Shown: positions 1 to 9,698 of the stretch, in pieces | Position numbering within the stretch: position 1 is the first letter of the stretch | Layout: every line of letters begins with the position of its first letter | Source: Chthoniobacterales bacterium | GTDB taxonomy: Bacteria; Verrucomicrobiota; Verrucomicrobiia; Chthoniobacterales; JACTMZ01 | NCBI GenBank assembly: GCA_018402585.1 | Contig: JAGYIO010000002.1 | Location: 138,070-202,069 of the forward strand | Length of the DNA: 64,000 nucleotides | Direction: 5' to 3' | Notes under the pieces: generated by a model | Seen by the model: the letters and a program-made list of their open reading frames with translations, nothing else | Database searches by the model: none | What the model was told of the DNA's origin: nothing | Made by a program: the position numbers and the translations under genes

Positions 1-2
1 CG

Positions 3-2345
3 CGCATCGAACTGGGCGCGCAAAATTACAATGTCGAAGGACGGTTCCAAGGCAAGCCCTCGGCCATCATCGCCCTTTACCAGACGCCGGGCAGCAACGC
101 GCTCGATGCCGCCGCTTCGGCCAAGAAACTCATGGCCGACCTTGCCGGACGTTTTCCGCCCGGCATGCAATACACGGAATCGCTCAATACGACACTGGCC
201 GTGACGGCGGGGATCGAGGAAATCGTCAAGACGCTCTTCGAGGCCTTGCTCCTTGTCGTCATTGTCGTCTTCATCTTCCTGCAAGGTTGGCGGGCCACCC
301 TCATTCCTTTGCTCGCCGTGCCGGTCTCGCTCATCGGCACTTTTGCCATTTTTCCCTTGCTCGGTTTTTCGATCAACACGCTCTCGCTCTTCGGTCTCGT
401 GCTCGCCATCGGCCTGGTCGTCGATGACGCCATCGTGGTGGTCGAGGCGGTCGAGCACCACATCGAGGAGGGCATGTCCCCGCGCGATGCCACGCTCAAG
501 GCCATGCAGGAAGTTTCCGGTCCCGTGGTGGCCATCGCCATCGTCCTCTCCTCGGTCTTCATCCCGACCATTTTCATTCCCGGGATCACCGGCAGCCTCT
601 ACCAGCAGTTCGCCGTGACCATCGCGGTGTCGGTTTGCCTTTCCGCCTTCAACGCGCTCAGCCTCAGTCCGGCCATCGCTTCCCTCATCCTCCGCCCGAA
701 GGGCGAAACCCGCGGACCGCTCGGTGCTTTCTACAATTGGTTCAACACCATGTTCGGCAAGGCCACGAACCATTATGTGCGGATTTGCGGCGGGGCGATC
801 CGCAAACTCGCCTTGAGCGGCGGCTTCCTCCTCCTCCTCACCTTGGCCGCACTGTTTTTCGGAGGCCGCCTGGCCCCTTCCTTCCTGCCCGAAGAGGATC
901 AGGGATATTTTTACGCGGCCCTGCAATTGCCCAACGCCTCATCGATGGAACGGACGTCCGCCGTCGCCGCCCAGGCCGAGAAAATCCTCATGACCACCCC
1001 CGGCGTGGAATACGTCACCACGGCGGTCGGCTTCAACCTGCTCAGCCAGGTCAACACGACCTACAATGCCTTCTTTTTCGTCACGCTGAAACCATGGGGT
1101 GAACGCACTTCGCCGGAGACGCAATACGGCACCATCATGCGCTCGATCAATGGCAAGCTGGCCATGCTGCCATCCGCCATGGCCTTTGCCTTTTCGCCGC
1201 CCGCCATCCCCGGCGTCGGCACTTCAGGCGGCGTGAATTTCGTCCTGCAGGACCGCTCGGGTGGCACCGTCCCGTTCCTTGCCGAGCAGACGCAGATCTT
1301 CATGGCCGCCGCGGCCAAACGTCCCGAATTGCAGAACCTGAACACCACCTTCCTGCCGTCCGTCCCGCAGCTCAAGCTTTCGGTCGATCGCGACAAAGCG
1401 CTGATTGAAGGTGTGAGCATCGATGACGCCTACAATTCCCTGCGCACCTTCCTCGGCGGATCGATGGTCAATTATTTCAACCGCTTCGGTCTGCAGTGGC
1501 AGGTTTACGTGCAAGCCGAGGGCACCTACCGCACGGACATCGAAAAAGTCGGCCAATTCTACGTGCGCAACCGCAAAGGCGAAAGCGTCCCTGTGTCGGG
1601 CATCGTGCAAAGCAAACCCCGCTTCGGTCCCGAATTCACCATGCGCTTCAACATGTATCGTTCCGCGCAGATCAATGCCACGGCGGCCGATGGCTACAGT
1701 ACAAGCCAAGCCATGGCCGCCATGGAGGAAGTCTTCGCCCAGACCATGCCGAAAGAAATGGGCTTCAACTACCTCGGTATGTCCTTTCAGGAGAAGCAAG
1801 CGGCCGAAGGCGTCTCCCCGGTGGTCATTTTCGCCCTCGCCCTTGTCTTTGTCTTCCTCATCCTCGCCGCGCAATACGAAAGTTGGTCGCTCCCGTTCAG
1901 CGTCCTGCTCGGCACGCCCATCGCGGTCTTCGGCGCCTTCTTCGCCCTCTGGGCTCGCGGGATGGAGAACAATGTCTACGCGCAGATCGGACTCATCATG
2001 CTCATCGGCTTGGCGGCCAAGAATGCCATTCTTATCGTCGAATTCTGCAAGTCCGAATACGAAAGCGGAAAAAGCCTTTTCGATGCGGCCTTGGCCGGGG
2101 CCCGGGTGCGCCTGCGCCCCATCCTTATGACCGCCTTCGCCTTCATCCTTGGTTGCGTTCCGCTCTGGACCGCCACCGGATCGGGCTCCATCTCGCGCCA
2201 GACCATGGGCACAGCCGTGATCGGCGGCATGGGCGCGGCGACCCTCTTCGCCATTTTCATCATTCCGATGCTTTTTTACGTGGTGGAAAAACTCAGCGGC
2301 TCGAAACCGGGTGGACCGTCCAAGCCGGCGGACGCGGTGAAGTGA
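3..2345 (+). CDS. RND efflux transporter permease subunit, AcrB/AcrD/AcrF family (5'-truncated by window)
   Basis: Open frame from base 3 (RIELGAQNY...); motifs GLVVDDAIVVVE, GLAAKNAILIVEF, RLRPILMT. Confidence 0.95.
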   Translation, partial: RIELGAQNYNVEGRFQGKPSAIIALYQTPGSNALDAAASAKKLMADLAGRFPPGMQYTESLNTTLAVTAGIEEIVKTLFEALLLVVIVVFIFLQGWRATLIPLLAVPVSLIGTFAIFPLLGFSINTLSLFGLVLAIGLVVDDAIVVVEAVEHHIEEGMSPRDATLKAMQEVSGPVVAIAIVLSSVFIPTIFIPGITGSLYQQFAVTIAVSVCLSAFNALSLSPAIASLILRPKGETRGPLGAFYNWFNTMFGKATNHYVRICGGAIRKLALSGGFLLLLTLAALFFGGRLAPSFLPEEDQGYFYAALQLPNASSMERTSAVAAQAEKILMTTPGVEYVTTAVGFNLLSQVNTTYNAFFFVTLKPWGERTSPETQYGTIMRSINGKLAMLPSAMAFAFSPPAIPGVGTSGGVNFVLQDRSGGTVPFLAEQTQIFMAAAAKRPELQNLNTTFLPSVPQLKLSVDRDKALIEGVSIDDAYNSLRTFLGGSMVNYFNRFGLQWQVYVQAEGTYRTDIEKVGQFYVRNRKGESVPVSGIVQSKPRFGPEFTMRFNMYRSAQINATAADGYSTSQAMAAMEEVFAQTMPKEMGFNYLGMSFQEKQAAEGVSPVVIFALALVFVFLILAAQYESWSLPFSVLLGTPIAVFGAFFALWARGMENNVYAQIGLIMLIGLAAKNAILIVEFCKSEYESGKSLFDAALAGARVRLRPILMTAFAFILGCVPLWTATGSGSISRQTMGTAVIGGMGAATLFAIFIIPMLFYVVEKLSGSKPGGPSKPADAVK

Positions 2346-2404
2346 CGCCTGATCGCAAAGTGCCGCGGGCTCGGAGACGGTAATTCCCGCGGCCAGCGGG
2401 CGGA

Positions 2405-3682
2405 CTACACTCCGGGTCCGGTTTCGTTTTTTACCTCGGGCTCGCTTGGACTTGGCAATGGGTCCGGCGCTTCGTCTTTTTGCTCAAGTTCCATGATCCG
2501 CCGCGCACTCCGGTCGCCGATCCAGGCCCCGAAGCGCACCCAACCCGAGTCCTGTGCCGCCTCGGCAACCTGCCCGAGCCGCTCCTTCTCCTCCCGGGTC
2601 TCATCCAATTTCTCGCGGGTGCGGCGGAGGGCGTCCGCGTATCCGGCCAGATCGAGCGGATCATGCCCCTCGAGCAATGCGGCCCAATGGGCGGGCGCAT
2701 TCTGCGCCTCGTGGGAGCGCAGGGTGGATGTGAGCACGGCCTGCGTGTCTTCGGGACTGGCGGCCGCCGCCAATTGCAGGATGATTTGTTGGAACAGATC
2801 CTCCCGTGCTCCGGTCAGACTGTTCCAGGCTGTCCGGTGGTAGGCCGCGGTATTGCGCCGCGTCTCCGGCGAAACGGCCAGCCTACCGCTCAAGGCGGTG
2901 AGCACGGAAAGCTGGAGCTGCAAATTTTCCGCGGTCTGGCGCGGGGTTGCCTCCCGCGGGGGGGCCGGCGGGTAATGATCGAGCAAAGCCTCGGGCCAGA
3001 CGATCATTTGGCCTTGCAAGGCGGCAATCAAGACCACGGCTTGGTCGAAAGAGAGGGTGTTTTCCGGCCATGGATTGGCCGCCAGGTAGTCGCGTCGGAC
3101 GAAGAGGTTGGAGAAGGGGCCGGGGAAGTATCCGCAACCCAGCCAATCAGGCAGCTCCGCTCCCCCTTGCCCCGGGGCCCACAAGCGGGCCAAGTGGGCG
3201 GTGCGCGGGTCATCCGCGGGAAGCGCTTGGCCACGACTGTCAATCGCCCGGAGCCTGGTCACGACGAGGCCGGGCGGACGGTTCCCCTCCGGAGTCTCGA
3301 ACGCCGCAAGGCACTTCTCGATGCGTTGTGGTGCGTAGCGGTCGCCCGCCTGCAGGAAAGTGAGATAATCGTCGGGGGCACAATGTTCCAGCACCGCGTT
3401 GATCGCGGAGGCCAGAGGGCCTGGCTCGACTGGGAAGAGTTCGACCGGTAACTCTGGAAATTCGCCCGGCAGCGTCTCCGTCCCGGGATGTGAGCCGTCA
3501 TCCAAGAGGACAATGCGGGCCGGCGGGCGGGTCTGGGCGGCCAGTGATTTGAGCGAGTCCCGCAGGCCGGGCATTCTCGGGAAGAGTGGCATGACCACTG
3601 CGACGCGGGCCCCTTCGAAACGAGGAGCCGGGATGCCGCTGTTCTTTGTTGCCTCCGCCATGGGCTTCCATTCGTAATACAC
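2405..3682 (-). CDS. Glycosyltransferase family 2-like protein with C-terminal coiled coil
   Basis: VAVVMP...IVLLDDGS N-terminal GT-A pattern; start uncertain (may be 3661). Confidence 0.7.
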   Translation of the reverse strand: MYYEWKPMAEATKNSGIPAPRFEGARVAVVMPLFPRMPGLRDSLKSLAAQTRPPARIVLLDDGSHPGTETLPGEFPELPVELFPVEPGPLASAINAVLEHCAPDDYLTFLQAGDRYAPQRIEKCLAAFETPEGNRPPGLVVTRLRAIDSRGQALPADDPRTAHLARLWAPGQGGAELPDWLGCGYFPGPFSNLFVRRDYLAANPWPENTLSFDQAVVLIAALQGQMIVWPEALLDHYPPAPPREATPRQTAENLQLQLSVLTALSGRLAVSPETRRNTAAYHRTAWNSLTGAREDLFQQIILQLAAAASPEDTQAVLTSTLRSHEAQNAPAHWAALLEGHDPLDLAGYADALRRTREKLDETREEKERLGQVAEAAQDSGWVRFGAWIGDRSARRIMELEQKDEAPDPLPSPSEPEVKNETGPGV

Positions 3683-3712
3683 ACTGTTCTAATATTCCAA
3701 CTTGATTAAACC

Positions 3713-4855
3713 ATGAGCAATCGAACCTTCCCGCCCTTCAGCTTGAGCCGTCTGCTCAAGAAGACCTTCGAACCCACTCCCGGCCAGCGTGTCTGCGTCC
3801 TTATTGACTTGAAAAACCCGCGCGATATCGTGGACTTCAAATTTCTGGCCGACGAAGGCCTCACCGTGCAGCGCAAGGCGCACGATGTCTTTTTCCAAGG
3901 CTTGAAAAACGGGGTCCTGGAGGAACTCGGGCTCAAGGGTGGTGAAATTTATGCTTACGAACTGACCGGCGGGAGCAATTTGGATTTGCCCGACGAGGCC
4001 TTTGCCCCGGACGGTCGCCAGCTTAGTTTTGAAAAAGACATTTATCCGAATTACGACCTCATCCTCTGCGTCTCCACTTACTCCGCGACCGCCCCGCTCA
4101 CCGCTTCGGCCAAGCAGCATGGTTTCCGCGGCGCCACCCTGCACGGGGTCAACGATGTCATTCTCAGCTCCGGCCTGTCCGTGGACTACGACGAAGTCAG
4201 CGTCGAAGCGGAGAAGCTCCGTCAAGGCATGACCCGCGCCGATTCGGTCGAACTCGATTTCCTGCTCGAGAACGGGGTGATGCACACCCTCAGGCTAGAA
4301 CTTGGCCGGCAAGAAGCGCAGAAGAGCCACGGCCTCTGTCGCGGCAGCGAGCCCGATGTAGCCAACCTGCCTGCCGGGGAGATTTATTACGTACCGGTCG
4401 GGGCGGAAGGGGAATTCCCCCTCAAATACGCGGACGGCACCCTCGGCCTCATGCATGTGACCGGCGGCCGGATCAAAAAAGCGAGTCTCATCAAAGGGGA
4501 TGCGGCCATCATCGCAGCGCACAATGAAAAATTGGCCAATGATCCGGTGACCGGCGAACTCGGGGAATTGGGCTTCGGCACTCAAGTCCTTCCGGTTTCC
4601 GGGCGCGACATTCAAGACGAAAAGATCCGCGGTACCTTTCATATCGCCACCGGGCGCAGCGACCATCTCGGGGGCAGTCTCACCCCGGACCGCTTCGCGA
4701 ACAAAATGAATGCGACCCATGACGACATCCTTTTCTCGCCCGAAAAAACGCCCGAGGTGAAATCGTCCGAGGTCCGCCTCTTCCGCGACAACAAAGTGGA
4801 AATCTTGCTCAAGGATTTCCATCCGTCTCCTTACATGGAGAGCCTGCTCGCCTAG
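3713..4855 (+). CDS. Aminopeptidase-like metallopeptidase (M29/aminopeptidase T-like)
   Basis: NLPAGE, GELGFG, DEKIRGTFHIATGRSDH, HDD metal-ligand motifs. Confidence 0.7.
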   Translation: MSNRTFPPFSLSRLLKKTFEPTPGQRVCVLIDLKNPRDIVDFKFLADEGLTVQRKAHDVFFQGLKNGVLEELGLKGGEIYAYELTGGSNLDLPDEAFAPDGRQLSFEKDIYPNYDLILCVSTYSATAPLTASAKQHGFRGATLHGVNDVILSSGLSVDYDEVSVEAEKLRQGMTRADSVELDFLLENGVMHTLRLELGRQEAQKSHGLCRGSEPDVANLPAGEIYYVPVGAEGEFPLKYADGTLGLMHVTGGRIKKASLIKGDAAIIAAHNEKLANDPVTGELGELGFGTQVLPVSGRDIQDEKIRGTFHIATGRSDHLGGSLTPDRFANKMNATHDDILFSPEKTPEVKSSEVRLFRDNKVEILLKDFHPSPYMESLLA

Positions 4856-4871
4856 CCGGAGGCGCGCCGGC

Positions 4872-5621
4872 GTGGCCGACAACCTCTACGAAAGCGACCG
4901 GCAGGTCCGTGAATATCTGCTCTTCCATTACGGGGAGCCGGATCTGGTTTTGCCGTGGAAGCGCGGTCCGCGGGAGGCGCTCGGCTTCCCCGCGCGCTGT
5001 GTGCGCGAACTGATCAATTCGTCGTCGGTCGGTCGCGACGCCCGTGCCCTCGATCTCGGGTGCGCGGTCGGACGTTCCTCCTTCGAATTGGCCGGCCATT
5101 GCCGCGAAGTGATCGGGATCGATTTCTCGCGCGCTTTCATTGCCGCCGCGGAAAAAATTCGCTCGAGTGGGTCGCTCGCTTACCAATACGCCTTGGAAGG
5201 CGATCGCACGGCATCCGCCACCGCCCGCCTTCCATCGGGCATCGACCCCGCCCGGATCCACTTCGAAGCGGGAGATGCGATGAATTTGCGGGAGAATCTC
5301 GGGGAGTTCGACATTGTTCTGGCCGCCAACCTGCTCTGCCGTCTGCCCGACCCGCGCGTTTTCCTCGAACGCGTCCCGCAACTGGTCAAACCCGGCGGAC
5401 AACTTTTGCTCACCACACCGTTCAGCTGGTTGGAACAATTCACGGCGCGGGACCATTGGGTCGGCGGACGTGATGAGGTGGAATGTGCCGAGGAATTGAC
5501 CCGCCTCCTCGAACCGCATTTCGAACTCAAACTTTCCAAAGACCTGCCCTTTCTCATCCGGGAACACGCGCGGAAGTTCCAGTGGAGCGTGGCTTGGGGC
5601 ACGCGGTGGGTGCGACGTTGA
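4872..5621 (+). CDS. SAM methyltransferase, OvoA C-terminal (4-mercaptohistidine N1-methyltransferase)-like
   Basis: YESD..V.EYLLFHYG start, LDLGCAVGRSSFELA, ANLLCRL, IREHARKFQ. Confidence 0.8.
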   Translation: MADNLYESDRQVREYLLFHYGEPDLVLPWKRGPREALGFPARCVRELINSSSVGRDARALDLGCAVGRSSFELAGHCREVIGIDFSRAFIAAAEKIRSSGSLAYQYALEGDRTASATARLPSGIDPARIHFEAGDAMNLRENLGEFDIVLAANLLCRLPDPRVFLERVPQLVKPGGQLLLTTPFSWLEQFTARDHWVGGRDEVECAEELTRLLEPHFELKLSKDLPFLIREHARKFQWSVAWGTRWVRR

Positions 5622-6193
5622 TGGACTGGAACCAACGCTACGAGGCGGAGGACACGCCTTGGGACAAGGACGAGGCGCACCCCGTGCTGCTCGACATGCT
5701 GACCCACGGCGCCCTCGCCGGACGGGTCCTTGTGCCGGGCTGCGGCACGGGCCACGACGTGCGCGAACTTGCGCGGCGCGGGCTGGAAGTTGTCGGCCTT
5801 GATCTCGCCTCGCTGGCTCTCGACCGCGCGCGCTCCCATCCGCCGGCGGGCCACGAGACCTACCAGCTCGGCGATCTCTTCCATGTGCCGGAACGCTGGC
5901 GACACCATTTCGACGGGGTTTTCGAACACACCTGTTTTTGCGCCATCGAACCGGCGCGCCGTCCCGACTATGTCACGGCCGTGGCCGAAGCGCTCAAGCC
6001 CGGCGGACACCTGCTCGCTGTCTTTTTCGTCAATCCCGACAACGACGGCCAAGGTCCGCCCTTCGGTTGCACGGCGGCGGAACTGGACCTTCTCTTCGGC
6101 GAAAACTTCCGCCTGCGCGAGGAGCATTGGGAAATTCCGACCTACCCCGAGCGCGCCGGACGGGAGTTGCTTCGGCTTTACCAGCGCGTTTGA
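5621..6193 (+). CDS. Thiopurine/thiol S-methyltransferase family protein
   Basis: W..RY....TPWD, RVLVPGCGTGHD, FEHTCFCAI, GPPF; TGATG overlap with the upstream gene. Confidence 0.85.
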   Translation: MDWNQRYEAEDTPWDKDEAHPVLLDMLTHGALAGRVLVPGCGTGHDVRELARRGLEVVGLDLASLALDRARSHPPAGHETYQLGDLFHVPERWRHHFDGVFEHTCFCAIEPARRPDYVTAVAEALKPGGHLLAVFFVNPDNDGQGPPFGCTAAELDLLFGENFRLREEHWEIPTYPERAGRELLRLYQRV

Positions 6194-6201
6194 ATGACGG
6201 G

Positions 6202-6990
6202 GTGAAATTCCGCGCTGTTCTCTTCGACCTCGACGACACGCTGGTTTGGGACGAACGGATGTCGCGCCAGGCCCTGATCGAGACGGCCGCCCGCGGGGCC
6301 GCCGTGCACGACCTCGATGCCGGGCGGTTGATGTCGGCGGCCAAACAGGCCGGGGACACGCTGTGGCGGGCCCACGCGCCGGTCGAGCGCTGCGACGAAC
6401 TCGGCATCGTGGCCTTCGAGGGGATGTGGGGCCACTTCCAGGGCGAGGAGGATTACCTGCGCCACCTGCGCGAATGGACGCCGCAATTCCGCCGCGCAAT
6501 CTGGGAACACGCGCTGCAAGAGCAGGGGATGGAGGACGGGAAACTCGCGGAACAACTGGGCGAATTTTTCCGCCTCCGCCGGCGTGAATTGCAGGACCGC
6601 CTGCCGGGTGCGGAAGCGGTTCTCCACACCCTGCAGCAAGCCGGTCTGCGCATCGGTCTGCTGACCAACGGCGCGGCCAGCGTGCAACGCGAAAAAATCG
6701 AAACGTCCGGCCTCGGGATGTATTTCGACGCCGCGGTGGTTTCGGGTGAACTCGGCACCGGGAAACCGGAGCCGGCAATTTTTCAGCACTTGCTCGGGCG
6801 CCTTGGGGTGGAAGCGCGGGAATCGCTCATGGTGGGAAACTCGCTGTCCCGCGATGTGATCGGCGGCCAGCGCGTCGGCTTGCACACTTGCTGGCTGGCC
6901 CTCGAGGGGGAAGACGAGCCGGTTGGCCTGGTCGAACCCGATTTCACCATCCACTCGCTCGGCGAGTTGCCGCGTTTGGTGCTGGGGTAA
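6202..6990 (+). CDS. HAD-superfamily hydrolase
   Basis: FDLDDTL, LTNG, GKPEP, MVGNSLSRD motifs; GTG start inferred. Confidence 0.85.
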   Translation: MKFRAVLFDLDDTLVWDERMSRQALIETAARGAAVHDLDAGRLMSAAKQAGDTLWRAHAPVERCDELGIVAFEGMWGHFQGEEDYLRHLREWTPQFRRAIWEHALQEQGMEDGKLAEQLGEFFRLRRRELQDRLPGAEAVLHTLQQAGLRIGLLTNGAASVQREKIETSGLGMYFDAAVVSGELGTGKPEPAIFQHLLGRLGVEARESLMVGNSLSRDVIGGQRVGLHTCWLALEGEDEPVGLVEPDFTIHSLGELPRLVLG

Positions 6991-6998
6991 TTTGTCCA

Positions 6999-7064
6999 GG
7001 TAGGGACGAGCGGCCCGCTCGTCCACCCCGTTTCGATCGGGCCCGCGGGCCGCGTGCCCCTACC
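6999..7064. repeat. GTAG-type REP-like inverted doublet
   Basis: ggtagggacgagcggcccgctcgtcc ... gcgggccgcgtgcccctacc between convergent genes. Confidence 0.6.
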
Positions 7065-7072
7065 TTACTTTA

Positions 7073-7726
7073 TTACGGCAACTGCACCGGCGCCTCGTCC
7101 GCCGGCAGGACGTCGGGATACTGCCGCGCCGGCACGAACTTCGCCTGGGGTTGCGGCCGCGGCGGTTCCTGCAGCGGCCAGGTCGGATCGATGCGGGTCT
7201 GGAAGAGACCGGACAACGATTCTTTTTCCAACTTTTCGGTGAAGTCCTTGAGTGTGGTGTCAGCCCGCCGGACCTTGTCGAAAAACAAGGTGTAGTAAGC
7301 CCGCCGCGCGGCACGGTAGTCCTCCGGAGTCGGTGCGGTATCCGCCATCTGCTCCAATTCCATCAACCTCGGGTCGCGGTCGAGGCGTGCTTTGATCTTG
7401 GCCAAGCGGATGCGCATCTTGCGCTCGGCTTCGAGCGGATCTTCGAGGACCGGAACCGCGGCCGGCAAGCGCGGGGCGCTGCGGCCACTGAGACTTCCGG
7501 CCGAGCCTGACGGTGCGCCGAAAAGATCGTCCCCGAAAACGTTGTCCTCTCCCGGAAAATTTCCGTCCATCTCCGGCAAGGCCTCTTCACCAGGTTCGAG
7601 GGCCGGCTCTTTGATGATGGTTTCCTCGGCTTCGACGATCAGCGCAGCGCTCGGCTTTTCTTCCTCGGCCGGAAGGGTCGCCACCGAGAAAACAATCGGA
7701 ACCAAGGCAATGAACCAACGCATCAT
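7073..7726 (-). CDS. Hypothetical exported protein
   Basis: Signal peptide-like N-terminus, acidic low-complexity region then helical domain. Confidence 0.7.
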   Translation of the reverse strand: MMRWFIALVPIVFSVATLPAEEEKPSAALIVEAEETIIKEPALEPGEEALPEMDGNFPGEDNVFGDDLFGAPSGSAGSLSGRSAPRLPAAVPVLEDPLEAERKMRIRLAKIKARLDRDPRLMELEQMADTAPTPEDYRAARRAYYTLFFDKVRRADTTLKDFTEKLEKESLSGLFQTRIDPTWPLQEPPRPQPQAKFVPARQYPDVLPADEAPVQLP

Positions 7727-7778
7727 GGCTCCTTGCATAGCGCGGGAGCCCTTGAAATGGAACCGCTTTCCCGCTCAC

Positions 7779-8879
7779 ATGAAGGATGTGCCTGCTGCCC
7801 GTGTTTCGCCGTCCACCGCTCCGGAGGCGGTTGACCCCGGCTCGGCGCTCTTTGACGGAGAAGGCTTTGGCGGCCTGGCGGCGACCGATCCGGAGGTGAT
7901 TCTGGAGGGCGGGTGGGATGATTGGGGAATGCTGGAGGAGGCGCTCTCCGTCGGCTCGGGGGGTGGACTGGCCGGGTGGTTCGATTACGACGGGAATTTC
8001 CGTTTCGGGGATTTTCCCGATTGGTCAGCCTCGCCGTCCTGCGCCGTGCCGGGCCCGGAGAGGCGCCCCGATCCACCCGATTTCTCGCCCGGCCTGGGCG
8101 AGGAGGAATGGATGCAACTGGTCGGCCGGGCCAAGGATTACATTGCCGCGGGCGATATTTACCAGGTCAACCTGACCCGCACCCTTTCTGCCCCCTGGTC
8201 GGAAGACCCCGCGGCATTTTATCCCCGGCTGCGCCGCGCGAGTCCCGCACCCTATGCCTGCTTCGTGCGCTTGGGCGACACTGCGGTCCTCAGTGCATCA
8301 CCCGAATGTTTCCTGCGCATCGATGGACATCGTATCATGACGCGCCCGATCAAGGGAACGCGTCCGCGCGGGGCCGATGATGCGGCGGTGATGCGCGAAT
8401 TGCTCGCTTCGGAAAAAGAGCGCGCCGAGCTGATCATGATTACCGATCTTGAGCGCAATGATCTCGGGCAAGTCTGCGAGTTCGGCAGCGTGCGGGTCAC
8501 CGCGCTTTGCCAACTGCAAAGTTTCGCCCAGGTGCATCACCTTGTTTCCGAGATCGAGGGTAAGCTGCGGCCGGAGGTCACTCCGGTGCAAGCGGTGCGG
8601 GCCTGCTATCCCGGAGGATCGATCACCGGCGCACCGAAAAAACGGGCGCGGGAAATTATTGCCGAACTGGAGCCGGCCCCGCGGGGCATTTACACGGGGG
8701 CGATCGGCTTTTTTTGCCGCGACGGCTCCGCGGTTTTCAACATCGCCATCCGCACCCTCGTGGTGCGTGACGGGCGGGCCACTTACGGGGTCGGTGCCGG
8801 ATTGGTCGCTGACTCCGACCCGGCGTCCGAATATGAAGAAACCCGACACAAAGCCGCGGGTCTCTTCGCCGCCCTCTGA
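7779..8879 (+). CDS. pabB: Aminodeoxychorismate synthase component I / anthranilate synthase component I family
   Basis: GDIYQVNL, SPECF, RPIKGTRPR, KERAELIMITDLERND, PGGSITGAPK, NIAIRT; start inferred. Confidence 0.8.
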   Translation: MKDVPAARVSPSTAPEAVDPGSALFDGEGFGGLAATDPEVILEGGWDDWGMLEEALSVGSGGGLAGWFDYDGNFRFGDFPDWSASPSCAVPGPERRPDPPDFSPGLGEEEWMQLVGRAKDYIAAGDIYQVNLTRTLSAPWSEDPAAFYPRLRRASPAPYACFVRLGDTAVLSASPECFLRIDGHRIMTRPIKGTRPRGADDAAVMRELLASEKERAELIMITDLERNDLGQVCEFGSVRVTALCQLQSFAQVHHLVSEIEGKLRPEVTPVQAVRACYPGGSITGAPKKRAREIIAELEPAPRGIYTGAIGFFCRDGSAVFNIAIRTLVVRDGRATYGVGAGLVADSDPASEYEETRHKAAGLFAAL

Positions 8880-9646
8880 TGAAATCCTCCGCACCCGTAG
8901 TCCTCCTCGCGGTGGCCGCCCTGGCCGTTAGCCTGACCACTCTCGGCACGCTGCTCGGGGTGCGCTTGGTTGCGGCCGACCGCTTGCGCCAAATGTCGGC
9001 GGCCATGAAGGAACTGGGCAACGCTTCGATCGAAACCACCATCACCGTGCGGCAGACCTTGCCGCTCTCCGCGCAGATCAAGATCATCAAACCGACCCAG
9101 ATCGACCTGACCCTTGACGTGGCCGACAAAATACCGATCCGCCTCGAGGTCAAAGTGGACGAGACCCTCACCGTCCCGCTCGACCTGCAGATCGACGAAC
9201 AAATTCCTTTGGTCACGGCCATGACCATCACGGAAAAGTCGCGGGTCCGGGTCAAAGCCGAGATCGACCTCGAGCAACCGGTCAGGTGGCGCCTGATCGA
9301 ACGCATCGCGCCTTTGCTCAACATCAAGGGAAGCGTTCCGCTGGACCAGGAGATGGAGATTCACTTTCCCGAGACCCTGCAGGTCCGGGGGAACATCCCG
9401 GTCAAGTTCCGCCTGCGCGAAGAGTTGCGGGTCCCCGTGGCCTTTGAGGTGCCCGTTGATCAGATGCTCGACCTCAAACTGGCCATCCAACAACAGGCGC
9501 GGGTCGGTTTTCCCGAACCGCTCGAGATCACGGGGGAAATTCCCGTGGTGCTGGAAATCCCCGTCTCGATCCCCCTGGAACCCACCCCGGTCGGTAGCTA
9601 CCTCCACCAGATGGCCGGGCAACTCGACAGTCTGCTCGCCTGGTAA
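8879..9646 (+). CDS. Hypothetical membrane-anchored protein with repetitive beta-strand pattern
   Basis: N-terminal TM segment; V/I/L/P-rich alternating pattern; TGATG coupling to pabB. Confidence 0.7.
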   Translation: MKSSAPVVLLAVAALAVSLTTLGTLLGVRLVAADRLRQMSAAMKELGNASIETTITVRQTLPLSAQIKIIKPTQIDLTLDVADKIPIRLEVKVDETLTVPLDLQIDEQIPLVTAMTITEKSRVRVKAEIDLEQPVRWRLIERIAPLLNIKGSVPLDQEMEIHFPETLQVRGNIPVKFRLREELRVPVAFEVPVDQMLDLKLAIQQQARVGFPEPLEITGEIPVVLEIPVSIPLEPTPVGSYLHQMAGQLDSLLAW

Positions 9647-9698
9647 AAGTCCGTCCGCGGGTTGCATCCCGAGGGCAATCGGGTTTATTAGTTCAACG

